From assembly GCA_964446485.1 (NCBI GenBank), contig CAYUOU010000002.1, forward strand, positions 5,904-69,903: DNA of 64,000 bases, read 5' to 3'. Source of the stretch: an uncultured Desulfobacterales bacterium (lineage in GTDB: Bacteria > Desulfobacterota > Desulfobacteria > Desulfobacterales > JBDRRP01). The stretch's first letter is position 1; every line of letters begins with the position of its first letter. A program made the translations under genes and the position numbers. The notes under the pieces are model-generated. The model searched no databases. It saw nothing but the letters and a program-made list of their open reading frames with translations, and had not been told where the DNA came from. Of this stretch, positions 47,880 to 57,378 are shown piece by piece.

Positions 47880-49315
47880 GCATAGCCTTCCGATGGATGG
47901 TGATACTGGCGGCCTTGACCGGTTTCATGGCCCCACCCCTGGGCGCCGAGCCGTTGGCGTTCAATTTATACGAGCGTTCCGGACCGTCGCCGGGTAAAAC
48001 GGTGCTGGTCGTGGGCGGCATCCAGGGCGACGAACCCGGAGGCTTCAATGCTGCCGCCCTTCTCCTGACCCACTACGAATTTACCCGCGGCAACGTGTGG
48101 GTGGTTCCCAACCTGAATTTTGCCAGCATCATCAAACGCTCCCGAGGCGTTTACGGAGACCTCAACCGAAAATTCCACTACATCTCACCGTCAGATCCCG
48201 AATACCATACCATCCAGCGCATCAAGAAGATCATCACCGCCGAGGAAGTCGATCTGGTCCTCAACCTCCACGACGGCAGCGGGTTCCATCGGCTGCGCTA
48301 CATCGACGCCATGCGCAACCCCGACCGTTGGGGGCAATCCGTCATCATCGACCGCAAGCAAGTGGGCCCCGGCAGCATGGGAGACCTGTACGGCGGGGCT
48401 TCGGAGGTGGTGGCCAAGGTAAACCAGCAGCTATTGGACAGTGAACACGTCTTTTCCGTCAAAAACACCCAGACCCATCTAGGCAATGCGGAAATGGCAA
48501 AGACGCTCACCTATTTCGCCGTCCAAAACGGCAAACCGGCCTATGGCCTTGAAACGAGCAAATCCTTTTCCACCCATTTGCGGGCCTATTATCATCTTTG
48601 CATGCTGGAAGCGTTCTTTGACAGGGTCGGCATCGGCTACCACCGTAAAATCCCCCTCCAGCCCGAACCGGTGCGGAAGGCCATCGAAAACGACGTTCGG
48701 CTGTCGTTTCACGACCACAGGGTGGTCCTCGCCGCTGCGGATGCCCGTGGCTACCTGAGGTTCTTCCCGTTAAAGAAAGGCGATGCCCTGGATTTTATCG
48801 CCAGCAACCCGCTCCTTGCCGTTATCCCCGACAAGAAGGCTTTGTCCATACACCACGGCAATCGGCGCCTCACCCGCATCTCGCCATCCTATTACGACTA
48901 TGACGATGCCTTGCGACAGATCGAGATGGTGGTGGATGGCCGCCCGGTGACAGTGGGTTTTGGAGAAATCGTGGATGTCAAGAGCAGTTTCATGGTCCAT
49001 CCCATCGAGGGTTACCGCACCAATGTCATCGGTTTTTTGGGGAAAAAGGGCACGGATGAAACAGGCATCGACATCAGACACATCGACATCATGAAACGGT
49101 TTTCCATTGACCGTGCCGGAGCGATTTTTCGCATCGAGGTCTACCGGGATCCCAAATTTGCCGGCATGGTGCTGGTGAACTTCGCCCCCAATCGTCCCAT
49201 CCCCTCCAACGGTGCGGGCTTCCCCGGGACCACGGCATTGAATCTGCCCGACGATGCCTCGAGCAAACAACTGGCCATGTCGTGGCGGCCCGCTTCTCAG
49301 GCAATGGGCCGCTGA
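47858..49315 (+). CDS. M99 family (Csd4/Pgp1-like) peptidoglycan carboxypeptidase
   Basis: Signal peptide; GGIQGDEPGG, GDLNRKF, NLHDGSG, WGQS, ETSK. Confidence 0.85.
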   Translation: MAYQSVLGIAFRWMVILAALTGFMAPPLGAEPLAFNLYERSGPSPGKTVLVVGGIQGDEPGGFNAAALLLTHYEFTRGNVWVVPNLNFASIIKRSRGVYGDLNRKFHYISPSDPEYHTIQRIKKIITAEEVDLVLNLHDGSGFHRLRYIDAMRNPDRWGQSVIIDRKQVGPGSMGDLYGGASEVVAKVNQQLLDSEHVFSVKNTQTHLGNAEMAKTLTYFAVQNGKPAYGLETSKSFSTHLRAYYHLCMLEAFFDRVGIGYHRKIPLQPEPVRKAIENDVRLSFHDHRVVLAAADARGYLRFFPLKKGDALDFIASNPLLAVIPDKKALSIHHGNRRLTRISPSYYDYDDALRQIEMVVDGRPVTVGFGEIVDVKSSFMVHPIEGYRTNVIGFLGKKGTDETGIDIRHIDIMKRFSIDRAGAIFRIEVYRDPKFAGMVLVNFAPNRPIPSNGAGFPGTTALNLPDDASSKQLAMSWRPASQAMGR

Positions 49316-49353
49316 ACCACCCCCACGGTTGCCGAAAGGGCATTGACGCCGGA

Positions 49354-49367
49354 GTCAATCCATTGAC
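49354..49367. promoter_or_regulatory. Candidate enhancer-binding-protein site
   Basis: GTCAA-TCCA-TTGAC, about 135 bp upstream of a sigma54-like site. Confidence 0.45.
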
Positions 49368-49500
49368 ACGCCGCCGATTCCCCGGACACTTTCCCCACCT
49401 GCCGAAATAATCATGAAACTGCGGCGATGACCGAATGACGCCCCGGCGAGACAGGACGTGCAACGCAGAATGCGACCCGTTGGCCAGTCAGGACCTGCAT

Positions 49501-49516
49501 AGGCATGCTTCATGCA
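49501..49516 (+). promoter_or_regulatory. sigma54-like promoter
   Basis: AGGCATGCTTCATGCA (GG-N10-GC). Confidence 0.5.
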
Positions 49517-49606
49517 TTTTTGTGAAACCGAACCGATTGGGCTGTTAACCCCATCGACGACCACATTCATCGACTGCGCGAGCAGTCATTGAGACGGGGA
49601 CAACCG

Positions 49607-50386
49607 ATGAACGCACACCGAACCTACCTAATGCTCATCTCCACTGCGCTGGTAATTTGCCAGGCGCCGTTGCTCTTCGCGGACGAGACCGTTGCCTGGA
49701 CGGCCAGGGCGTCGGCCAACGTCAACTTGCGCGCGGCACCGGGTCTTCACGGCGCTGTGATTACCGGCTTGACCAAAGGCACTGAACTGCGGGTGCTTGA
49801 TCAGGCGCAGGGCTGGGTCAAGGTGTCCCACCAGAACGACACCTTCGGCTACCAGGGATGGGTCTACGGCCACTATGTCCAACGCGTCGACGATCCCGCG
49901 GTCGAAGCTGCGGCCGCAAAAGCAACCGAAATCCACGGCCCCACGGCGGCCGAGGCCACCACCGTGCCGTCCGGTCCGCCGGCGGGGCCCGACACAGCAG
50001 GCCGACAGACTGCGATTCGTACGGCGCCGGCAATCCCCCTCCCCGGCGACGACGCTCCGAATACGCCCGGCGCTATGAAAATCCCGTTGAAGCTGCCGGA
50101 GAAAGCGATCCTCGCGGAACCCGGCCATGTCAACGCTGACAGCACTTTCGAAACCACCGAGAGTGACCGAGGCTCCGCCTTTTCCCAAGACGTGCCGGAA
50201 ACACAACCGCTGGCGAAACCTGTTTTGACGTCACCGGCACGGCAAGCCGACACAGCCGGCATGATGACCTGGCTGAGCCTCGTTTTGCGGCTCGGCACCG
50301 TGCTCATGGCCTCCATGGCGCTCTTCATGGCAAACCGCGCCCTTCAGACGGCACGAGAGGCCGACTACCGCCCCACAAGGCGCTGA
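49607..50386 (+). CDS. SH3b-domain protein with signal peptide and C-terminal membrane anchor
   Basis: NVNLRAAPG...GWVKV...GWV; Pro/Ala/Thr-rich linker; hydrophobic tail. Confidence 0.8.
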   Translation: MNAHRTYLMLISTALVICQAPLLFADETVAWTARASANVNLRAAPGLHGAVITGLTKGTELRVLDQAQGWVKVSHQNDTFGYQGWVYGHYVQRVDDPAVEAAAAKATEIHGPTAAEATTVPSGPPAGPDTAGRQTAIRTAPAIPLPGDDAPNTPGAMKIPLKLPEKAILAEPGHVNADSTFETTESDRGSAFSQDVPETQPLAKPVLTSPARQADTAGMMTWLSLVLRLGTVLMASMALFMANRALQTAREADYRPTRR

Positions 50387-50437
50387 CGACAATAGTGACA
50401 CAACGGTCATACAGCATCATGGAGAAGTTGTTTACTA

Positions 50438-51820
50438 ATGCCCGACGGCAATACCCATAGCCCCCTTGCCACGAAAGGCGATCTCGGTATCCTGTTTGTG
50501 GACGACGAACCGGACATTCTTCAGATGGTAAAGCATTTTCTTCACCGTGAAGGATGGGATATCACCATTGCCGATTCCGGTGAAACGGCGCTCGAAGTCC
50601 TTTCTCGAGAGCATTTCGACATTCTCTTCACAGATCTTCAGATGCCTGGAATCAATGGATTGGAAGTACTCAAGCGAGCCAAAGCGATCCGCCCGAACAC
50701 CGAGGTGGTCATTCTCACGGGCTACGGCACCATCGATTCGGCTGTGGAAGCATTGAAACTGGGCAGCTATGACTACATCCAAAAACCAATTGCCGTCGAA
50801 CGGCTAAAACACCTCATTCATCGTATTGCCGAATCAAAAGCGCTGCGGGAAGAAAACGTGCTGTTCAAACAGCGTCTTGACGAACGTTTCGGTTTCGGGG
50901 GCCTGGTGGGGGCGTCCCGACAGATGCGCGCCGTCTACCAGATTGTCGATCGCATTCGCCACAGTTCACCAACCGTCCTGATACAGGGGGAAAGCGGCAC
51001 CGGAAAAGAACTTCTTGCCAATGTCATTCACCAGAACAGCGACCGCAAAGACAAGCCTTTCATTCCGGTAAACTGCGGCGCCATTGTTGGCACTCTCTTG
51101 GAGAGCGAGCTTTTTGGCCACGTCAAGGGGGCCTTCACCGGTGCCATCCGCGATCACGCCGGATTGTTTCTCGCCGCAGACGGCGGCACGATTTTCCTCG
51201 ACGAAGTCAGCGAGATCGATCCGTCACTGCAAGTGAAGCTGCTGCGGGCCATCCAGGAGAGAAGCATTCGCGCCGTGGGGGCCACCGGCGAGCACCCTGT
51301 CGACGTGCGCATCATTGCCGCGACCAATCGATCCAGCGAATTGCTGCTGCAAGACGGTATCATCCGGGAAGACCTCTACTATCGGTTGAACGTGGTCAAC
51401 ATTCTCATGCCGCCGCTCCGCAGTATGAAAGAAGATATACCGCTGCTGGTCAACCACTTCATCGAGCGTTTCAACCGCCGCTTCAACCGAACTGTTCGCG
51501 GCATCTCTCCTCAGGCCGTTACCGCGTTTCATGCGTATCACTGGCCGGGAAATGTTCGCCAACTTGAGAATGCCGTAGAGCGGGCTTTTGCCCTGGGGGT
51601 CGACGACATCATCGGCGTCGACGACCTACCGGCGGAACTCACGACAGGGGACATGCCGCGGGACCACCGCCATGGGTCGTTGAACCTCCAGGAGAATGAG
51701 ATCAGATTGATCCGCCGGGCGTTGGCGCAGAGCAGCGGCAACCGCGCCAAAGCGGCTGAATTGCTCGGGGTGAATACCGCGACGGTATACCGAAAGATAC
51801 AGCGCTACGGCCTGTCTTAA
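50438..51820 (+). CDS. sigma54-dependent response regulator (NtrC/AtoC family)
   Basis: REC domain (VDDE, TDLQMP, QKP), [31 protein letters not shown], Fis-type HTH. Confidence 0.95.
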   Translation: MPDGNTHSPLATKGDLGILFVDDEPDILQMVKHFLHREGWDITIADSGETALEVLSREHFDILFTDLQMPGINGLEVLKRAKAIRPNTEVVILTGYGTIDSAVEALKLGSYDYIQKPIAVERLKHLIHRIAESKALREENVLFKQRLDERFGFGGLVGASRQMRAVYQIVDRIRHSSPTVLIQGESGTGKELLANVIHQNSDRKDKPFIPVNCGAIVGTLLESELFGHVKGAFTGAIRDHAGLFLAADGGTIFLDEVSEIDPSLQVKLLRAIQERSIRAVGATGEHPVDVRIIAATNRSSELLLQDGIIREDLYYRLNVVNILMPPLRSMKEDIPLLVNHFIERFNRRFNRTVRGISPQAVTAFHAYHWPGNVRQLENAVERAFALGVDDIIGVDDLPAELTTGDMPRDHRHGSLNLQENEIRLIRRALAQSSGNRAKAAELLGVNTATVYRKIQRYGLS

Positions 51821-51856
51821 AAACGGTGCCTGGCGTTCGCCGCAAAGAGAAAGACA

Positions 51857-52581
51857 TGCCCGAATACGCAGACCTAACCTCCTCCGAATCCATTGTGGAT
51901 GCCTTCGACTACCTGAAGAGCGCCGGCACGCTGGTGCGCATGGTCAGTGAGCGTGCCGCCTTCGAACGGCTCATTGTCGTTACGGATGTGCGAAAAACGC
52001 TCAAAGGCCCCATGGTGGTGCTCGATGCCCCGGCGGATCTGGAAACCTTCGTCCTGCCGGAAGAGCTCCCCTCGTTTCGATTCGAATACACGGGGCCGGA
52101 TGGACTGAAGTACATTTTCCGCAGCGACCGGCCTATCCTGCGGGGCAATCAGTTGTGGATCGCCTTGCCCGAATCCATCGAAAGGATCCAGCGGCGCAGC
52201 GACTACCGCATCATCGCCCCCATGGGATCCTGGCTGACCCTTACCATCGCCGACACCACCTTGCGCGCCAAGCTCATCGATCTCAGCGTCGGCGGACTCC
52301 GGTGCCGCCTGCCAATCACCCGTTACAGCCAGCTCGGGTCCGCGCTACGAAAGGGCCAGACGGTCGTCGGTCTCGAGGTGCTCATTCCCCGCGATGGTGA
52401 GACCTCGTCGATTCATATCCGCACCGGTCGTATCGAATGGGTCTCTCGGGAAACAGAGACCGGCCGTCTGTCGCTCGCCATTTCCTTTCAGAAACTGGAA
52501 CGCATTACCGTCAACCGCCTTACCCGCGAAATCTACCGCATACAGCGGCGTTTGCTGCGGCTTCGGAAGCCCCACGTGTGA
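51857..52581 (+). CDS. PilZ-domain c-di-GMP receptor (YcgR-like flagellar brake)
   Basis: QRRSDYR (RxxxR) and DLSVGG (DxSxxG). Confidence 0.82.
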
Positions 52582-52692
52582 TCCGCGCCTGGCAATGTCG
52601 GGACGACTGTGCTAAGGAACTCCGCTGCTAGGGTCTGGGGGATCCACCACCCCGGCAGGCTGTTGACCCCAACATAGGAAGCATTGCCGCCC

Positions 52693-52878
52693 ATGCTCAC
52701 CGCAGTAAAATACATTGCCGTCCTTATCGCCGCCATGATCGTCGGAAACAGTTTTCTTGCTGAATTGAAGAAGGCGCGCGCCTTGAATCTGGCCTGGTAT
52801 CGACCCTACCTGTCGCTGCCGGGCCTCGTTATCATCATCGCCTTTCTCATGATTCTCGTCGTTTCTCTCTTGCAGTAA
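52693..52878 (+). CDS. Small two-TM membrane protein
   Basis: Two hydrophobic segments flanking WYRPYLSLPG. Confidence 0.6.
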   Translation: MLTAVKYIAVLIAAMIVGNSFLAELKKARALNLAWYRPYLSLPGLVIIIAFLMILVVSLLQ

Positions 52879-52907
52879 CGCCCGGCCCCGGATGGACACC
52901 CATGAAG

Positions 52908-53357
52908 CTATCGAGAGGCTCCAAGGACACCGTTGTTAAACGCGTTCAGGAAGCACCCGGCGTTGTTTTGTACCCGCACCATGCCCCTCAAGGCCTGGTA
53001 TTCAGAGTTCGGCATCGAAACGAGACCAAGGTGGACCTCTTTGTCGACGCTGTTGGATGCACGGGTCTCACCCCCCGTATAATCACCCGCAACCATCTGC
53101 CTCAGCGCCGCCGTCTCCTCGGCCGTCATTTCCGCAAGTCCCATGGTTACCATGGCCGCGGGTTCGGCAGCGGACGTCGGATGTGAGGACTGATGGCCGT
53201 CGACAACCGCCTGCAGCCGTTCGAATTCAGCCCGCGGCAGGGTAACCAGGCCCAGATCAACGGTTTCCGCTGGGGACCCGAAGAGGGTTCCAGCCAAAGC
53301 AATGGGTGCAGTCAGCAACACGGTGAGGCCTACAAAGATCAGCGTACGGGGTTTCAT
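52908..53357 (-). CDS. Secreted hypothetical protein with three internal repeats
   Basis: AAGGAGG RBS; signal peptide; three V.LGL..M/L...E...L..MV.G repeats. Confidence 0.75.
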   Translation of the reverse strand: MKPRTLIFVGLTVLLTAPIALAGTLFGSPAETVDLGLVTLPRAEFERLQAVVDGHQSSHPTSAAEPAAMVTMGLAEMTAEETAALRQMVAGDYTGGETRASNSVDKEVHLGLVSMPNSEYQALRGMVRVQNNAGCFLNAFNNGVLGASR

Positions 53358-53397
53358 ATCATCCTCCTTTTGTTTGATGTTCAATCGAAAAAAGAAC

Positions 53398-53474
53398 GCG
53401 AACTTATATTCGCTTTTTAATAGAAATGCGAACCGTGGTTCGCTTTGTCAAGAAATAAATTGAACATTGGTTCA
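53398..53474. promoter_or_regulatory. Three operator palindromes in a divergent promoter region
   Basis: GCGAAC-TTAT-ATTCGC, GCGAAC-CGTG-GTTCGC, TGAAC-ATTG-GTTCA at 30-32 bp spacing; TTGACA on both strands. Confidence 0.7.
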
Positions 53475-53687
53475 TTTTTCTTGACAACAAAGCCCGATTC
53501 AGAAATATTACCAATTAATAAAATGAGTTAAATAACTTCTTGCAGTGACGTCAGGGCGGGGTATGGGCGCCAAGGCCTGAAAATCAGCAGTTCTCGCTGA
53601 GGAGATTCGCCCGTTTTCGATGGCCGGTTACAGCGCTCGTCACGCAGGCTCCGGCGCCATTACCGATAATCGCTGGCTGAGAAGGGG

Positions 53688-54383
53688 TTGAACGCGATAA
53701 CACCGGGAGGGAATCCAACCTTGAACCGAAATGATGAATCGATCCGTGTGCCCCAGCAAAAACGCAGTATCGAGACGCGAAACCGGATTCTCGATGCTGC
53801 GAAGCATCTGTTCGCCACCAAAGGTTTTCACGGCACCAATTCCAAAGACATCGCCGCCGAGGCCGGTGTCTCCATCGGCAGTTTTTATTCCTATTTCAAA
53901 AACAAAAAGACGCTGTTCATCGAAGTGTTTCGTGAGTTTGAATCCAACCGAATCTTGCAGATCCTGACCAGTCAGGCCCCTGCCCCGGACGTGGAGGATG
54001 CCAACAAGCGAGAGGTGGTGCAAAATATCATCCAGTCCATTGCCGATGCACACGACCAATCAACGAGTTTCCACCGGGAAGTGCTGGCCATGCATTATGC
54101 CGATCCGGAAGTCGAGGCCGACTACAACCAGATGCAGGCAAATTTCTTCAAGCACTTTTCCGATTACCTTCATCAGATTCGGCACAAACTGCGGGTCGAA
54201 GACATTGAGGCAGCCTCTGTCGTGGTCTGCATGGCGGTGGAAAGCATCATCCACGCCCTCAAGGCTTTCGAAACCCATCTGCCGGAAGATCGCGTCGTTT
54301 CCGCACTTTCCGAAATGGTCTACCGGTTTCTCTTCAAGGCATCGGACACCGAAAAAGGGCCAATGCCTGAAGATCGGTCCTGA
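53688..54383 (+). CDS. TetR/AcrR family transcriptional regulator
   Basis: PQQKRSIETRNRILDAA..F..KGF...IAAEAGVSIGSFYSYFKNK; start uncertain. Confidence 0.92.
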   Translation: MNAITPGGNPTLNRNDESIRVPQQKRSIETRNRILDAAKHLFATKGFHGTNSKDIAAEAGVSIGSFYSYFKNKKTLFIEVFREFESNRILQILTSQAPAPDVEDANKREVVQNIIQSIADAHDQSTSFHREVLAMHYADPEVEADYNQMQANFFKHFSDYLHQIRHKLRVEDIEAASVVVCMAVESIIHALKAFETHLPEDRVVSALSEMVYRFLFKASDTEKGPMPEDRS

Positions 54384-54510
54384 GAGGGCAGTAAACCCCA
54401 CAGCCACGCGCCCCTATCTGTTCAGCCGTCCATCGGGGCAGCCCCATCGTTATAAACAAAATGGCACTCAATTTTCATCATACTGATATTCTGAAACTTG
54501 CGGAGCATCT

Positions 54511-55239
54511 GTGGCGAAAAAGAAGAAATACTACGCAGTAGCGGCCGGTCGACGAACCGGCATCTACACCCAGTGGTTCGGGCCCGCAGGCGCCCAAATG
54601 CAGGTGATGGGTGTTGCCGGCGCCGTCTACAAAGGATTTACTACACGGGGCGAAGCAGAAGCGTTCATGGCCAATCCGCCTACATACCACGGTCGACGAC
54701 GCACCGGATCGGTTTCGGCAACGCCCTCCCCTGCACCTTCCCCACCGGAAGGCGCCGGAAACAGGGTCACCGTCTACACCGACGGCAGCGCCCTCAACAA
54801 TCCGGGCCAGGGCGGCTACGGCGTGGTCATTGAGGATAAAAACGGGCGCAGGGAACTGTCGGGCGGTTATCGCCGCACCACCAACAACCGAATGGAACTG
54901 CTGGCCTGCATCATCGGACTGGAAGCACTGCCGCCGGGCAGCCGTGTAAACCTTTACAGCGACTCCCAGTACGTCGTGAATGGCATCACCAAAAACTGGG
55001 CCCAGGGATGGAAGCGCCGCGGATGGAAGAAATCAACCGGCCAGCCGGCCCTCAATCCGGATTTGTGGGACCGTCTGCTGACCCTTTGCGGCACACGCGA
55101 CGTGCGTTTCATTTGGGTCAAAGGCCACGCCGGCAACCCCGGCAACGAACGCTGCGACCAATTGGCGGTGGCTGCCGCACAGGGCCATAACCTGCTGGCC
55201 GATACGGCATATGAGGCGCAGGGGTCTCCGACACATTGA
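54511..55239 (+). CDS. rnhA: Ribonuclease HI with N-terminal hybrid-binding (Cauli_VI) domain
   Basis: YYAVAAGRRTGIY..W...YKGF; YTDGS, TNNRMEL, SDSQY, WVKGHAG...NERCD. Confidence 0.93.
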   Translation: MAKKKKYYAVAAGRRTGIYTQWFGPAGAQMQVMGVAGAVYKGFTTRGEAEAFMANPPTYHGRRRTGSVSATPSPAPSPPEGAGNRVTVYTDGSALNNPGQGGYGVVIEDKNGRRELSGGYRRTTNNRMELLACIIGLEALPPGSRVNLYSDSQYVVNGITKNWAQGWKRRGWKKSTGQPALNPDLWDRLLTLCGTRDVRFIWVKGHAGNPGNERCDQLAVAAAQGHNLLADTAYEAQGSPTH

Positions 55240-55262
55240 CAATTTTACTTCGCCTTCATGGC

Positions 55263-55282
55263 TGACGGACCCGTAAAAACCC
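55263..55282. repeat. Solo MITE-type end
   Basis: TGACGGACCCGTAAAAACCC resembles the TIRs at 39734, 43052 and 59950. Confidence 0.45.
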
Positions 55283-55463
55283 ATCAGATGGCAGGGGCCT
55301 GAACAAAGGCGAAGCCTTCCCGGCTGGCACTATACCGCAGGTGAGCGCGCAGTGTGGCCATCGAATCGATCCCGAGAAACCAAAAGTTGGATTCTTACGC
55401 GCACCCCAATAGGGTTCTTGTGGGTCAATGGATTTTGGTATTTTTTCAGCCTTCAGCCGGCAC

Positions 55464-56207
55464 TTATTTCACTATCGGTCTGACCGCCGTAAACCCGCCG
55501 TCGACGGGCAATATCTGGCCGGTAATCCATTCGGCGGCGTCGGAAAGCAGCCACACCATGGCACGCGCAACATCCTCGGGCTGGCCGAATCTTTCCAAGG
55601 GATATTGCTTGGAGAGTTGCTCGATGGCGGCGTCATTGCTGAAAAACCGTTCCGTCGCCGGTGTGCGCATTAGACCCGGCGCAACGGCATTGACCCGAAT
55701 GCTTTTGCCGGCGTAGGTGGCGGCCGTGGACCGCACCAGTCCCTCAACCGCGCCCTTTGCGGCAGCCACCGCCTCATGGTTGAGAATGCCCACGCGCGCG
55801 GCCACCGTGCTGACGAGGATCGCCGCACCGGGCAGCCGCCCTTTAACCAGCGGTTGCAGGAAAGCCTGCATGGTAAAAAAGGCCGAATCGATATTGGCGG
55901 CCATACACTCCCGATACTGGGCTTCTTTGGTCCGGTGCAACGGCATGACGAGAACGGCGCCGGCACAATGCGCCAGTCCCTGGGGCGGCGCCCCCAAGAT
56001 GTCGGTCACCGCAGCGATGGCGTCCGCAGCGCCATCCGCGGTGGACACATCGGCCGCGACGATGTCCACGGCCATGCCGGCAGGCCAGGAGACCTTGTCC
56101 GGTTCGCGGGAAACGCCAACGATGCGCATGCCCTGTTCGTGAAGCGCTGGGGCCAAGGCCGCTGCCAATCCGCCGCTGGCGCCGGTGATGACGACAGTCT
56201 CTATCAT
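55464..56207 (-). CDS. SDR family oxidoreductase
   Basis: TGASGGLA, STVA, AAAKG, VNAVAPG, ITGQILPVDGG; catalytic Tyr appears replaced. Confidence 0.88.
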   Translation of the reverse strand: MIETVVITGASGGLAAALAPALHEQGMRIVGVSREPDKVSWPAGMAVDIVAADVSTADGAADAIAAVTDILGAPPQGLAHCAGAVLVMPLHRTKEAQYRECMAANIDSAFFTMQAFLQPLVKGRLPGAAILVSTVAARVGILNHEAVAAAKGAVEGLVRSTAATYAGKSIRVNAVAPGLMRTPATERFFSNDAAIEQLSKQYPLERFGQPEDVARAMVWLLSDAAEWITGQILPVDGGFTAVRPIVK

Positions 56208-56334
56208 TTTTATTTTCTCCTTACTTTTTGTTTCCCCCCCCCTCTTACTGTCAGGGCAAGGCCCTTGGGGTGGCGCCCGATAAGCAAGGCGGGTGTTGGT
56301 GTTCGCCTTTTCATTTTACTTCAGCCTTCAGTCT

Positions 56335-57378
56335 TCACCCGCCTCCCTGCTTTTTACCAAACCGCGCCACGAATGCTTCGACCATTTCCCTTGCCCGCGT
56401 CGACGGCAGGCGACGCACATGCGGATACAGGGCCCGGCAGGCATCCATGTCCAAAGCCGACACCAAGGAAATGCAGGCATATTCGTCCGTCAAATGAGGG
56501 TGACCGCCGGAGATCGCATCCAGTTCCGACGTTTGGACAATACGATTGTAGACAAGGCTTTGGGCGGCCAACAGGCGCTCCGTGTCCAACGCCTGCCGAT
56601 GGTGAAAGATCTTTCCGAAGGTCAGTCGGTCGCCGGGAGCCAGCAGCACCGGTCGCCCCGACAACCGGCGGGTGTCGTCGGCCTGAAGGTGGACGGTTTC
56701 GATGCGTTGATCGTCCTTCCGGGTGGCGGCCAGGTGGCGGATCAACGACAGGTGCATCATTCCGGCCTCGATGTAGACGTTGCCGTGTAATCCAAAGATA
56801 TCTTTCAGAGCCGCCGCGCGCAGGCGGTCCCGCAGACGAAAGCGCCGGGCATCCGCCTCGGTGAAGTGAAGCACCGCGTCCGCAGATGCGTCCAAATCGC
56901 CCTCGACGGCCGTCTGGTAAAATGCCAGAAGCGCGCCGGTCGCCGTCTTTTCCATTTCATAAATGTCGGCGAAGTCATCGTTGGCTGCAATTTGCTCCGG
57001 TGTGGCACCGTCAGCGAGTTCGAGTTGAATGTCGAGAAGCTTGTCCAGATAGGGTTCGACTTGAAGGATGACCGCCCCCTGAAGGTGCCGATCCCTCAGC
57101 GCCCGGCAGCTTTTCTCAGTGAACAACGGGTATTCCGTGCCGGATTCTGGCAAATAGTCGGCGATGGAAATATCGCCCCTCAGCATGGCCCTGAAACCCG
57201 GCGTCGACGGCTCCTCGAGGCAGATGACCTCATAGCCGTTCATAAGCGTTGATGCCGCCGGCAGGGTTTCCGGCCGGTGCGTGGACAGGGCGATGGTCAC
57301 ACGTCGGTGTCGCCTGCGGCATGATGCCGGAGCCGCCCGGCGTGAACGACGACTGGATTGTGGGGCATGAAACTCCAT
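56335..57378 (-). CDS. Hypothetical protein, possibly TraB/Tiki/ChaN-like fold
   Basis: TGATG coupling to the photolyase; motifs THRPE, LEEP, RDRLRA, EAGMMHL. Confidence 0.65.
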   Translation of the reverse strand: MEFHAPQSSRRSRRAAPASCRRRHRRVTIALSTHRPETLPAASTLMNGYEVICLEEPSTPGFRAMLRGDISIADYLPESGTEYPLFTEKSCRALRDRHLQGAVILQVEPYLDKLLDIQLELADGATPEQIAANDDFADIYEMEKTATGALLAFYQTAVEGDLDASADAVLHFTEADARRFRLRDRLRAAALKDIFGLHGNVYIEAGMMHLSLIRHLAATRKDDQRIETVHLQADDTRRLSGRPVLLAPGDRLTFGKIFHHRQALDTERLLAAQSLVYNRIVQTSELDAISGGHPHLTDEYACISLVSALDMDACRALYPHVRRLPSTRAREMVEAFVARFGKKQGGG

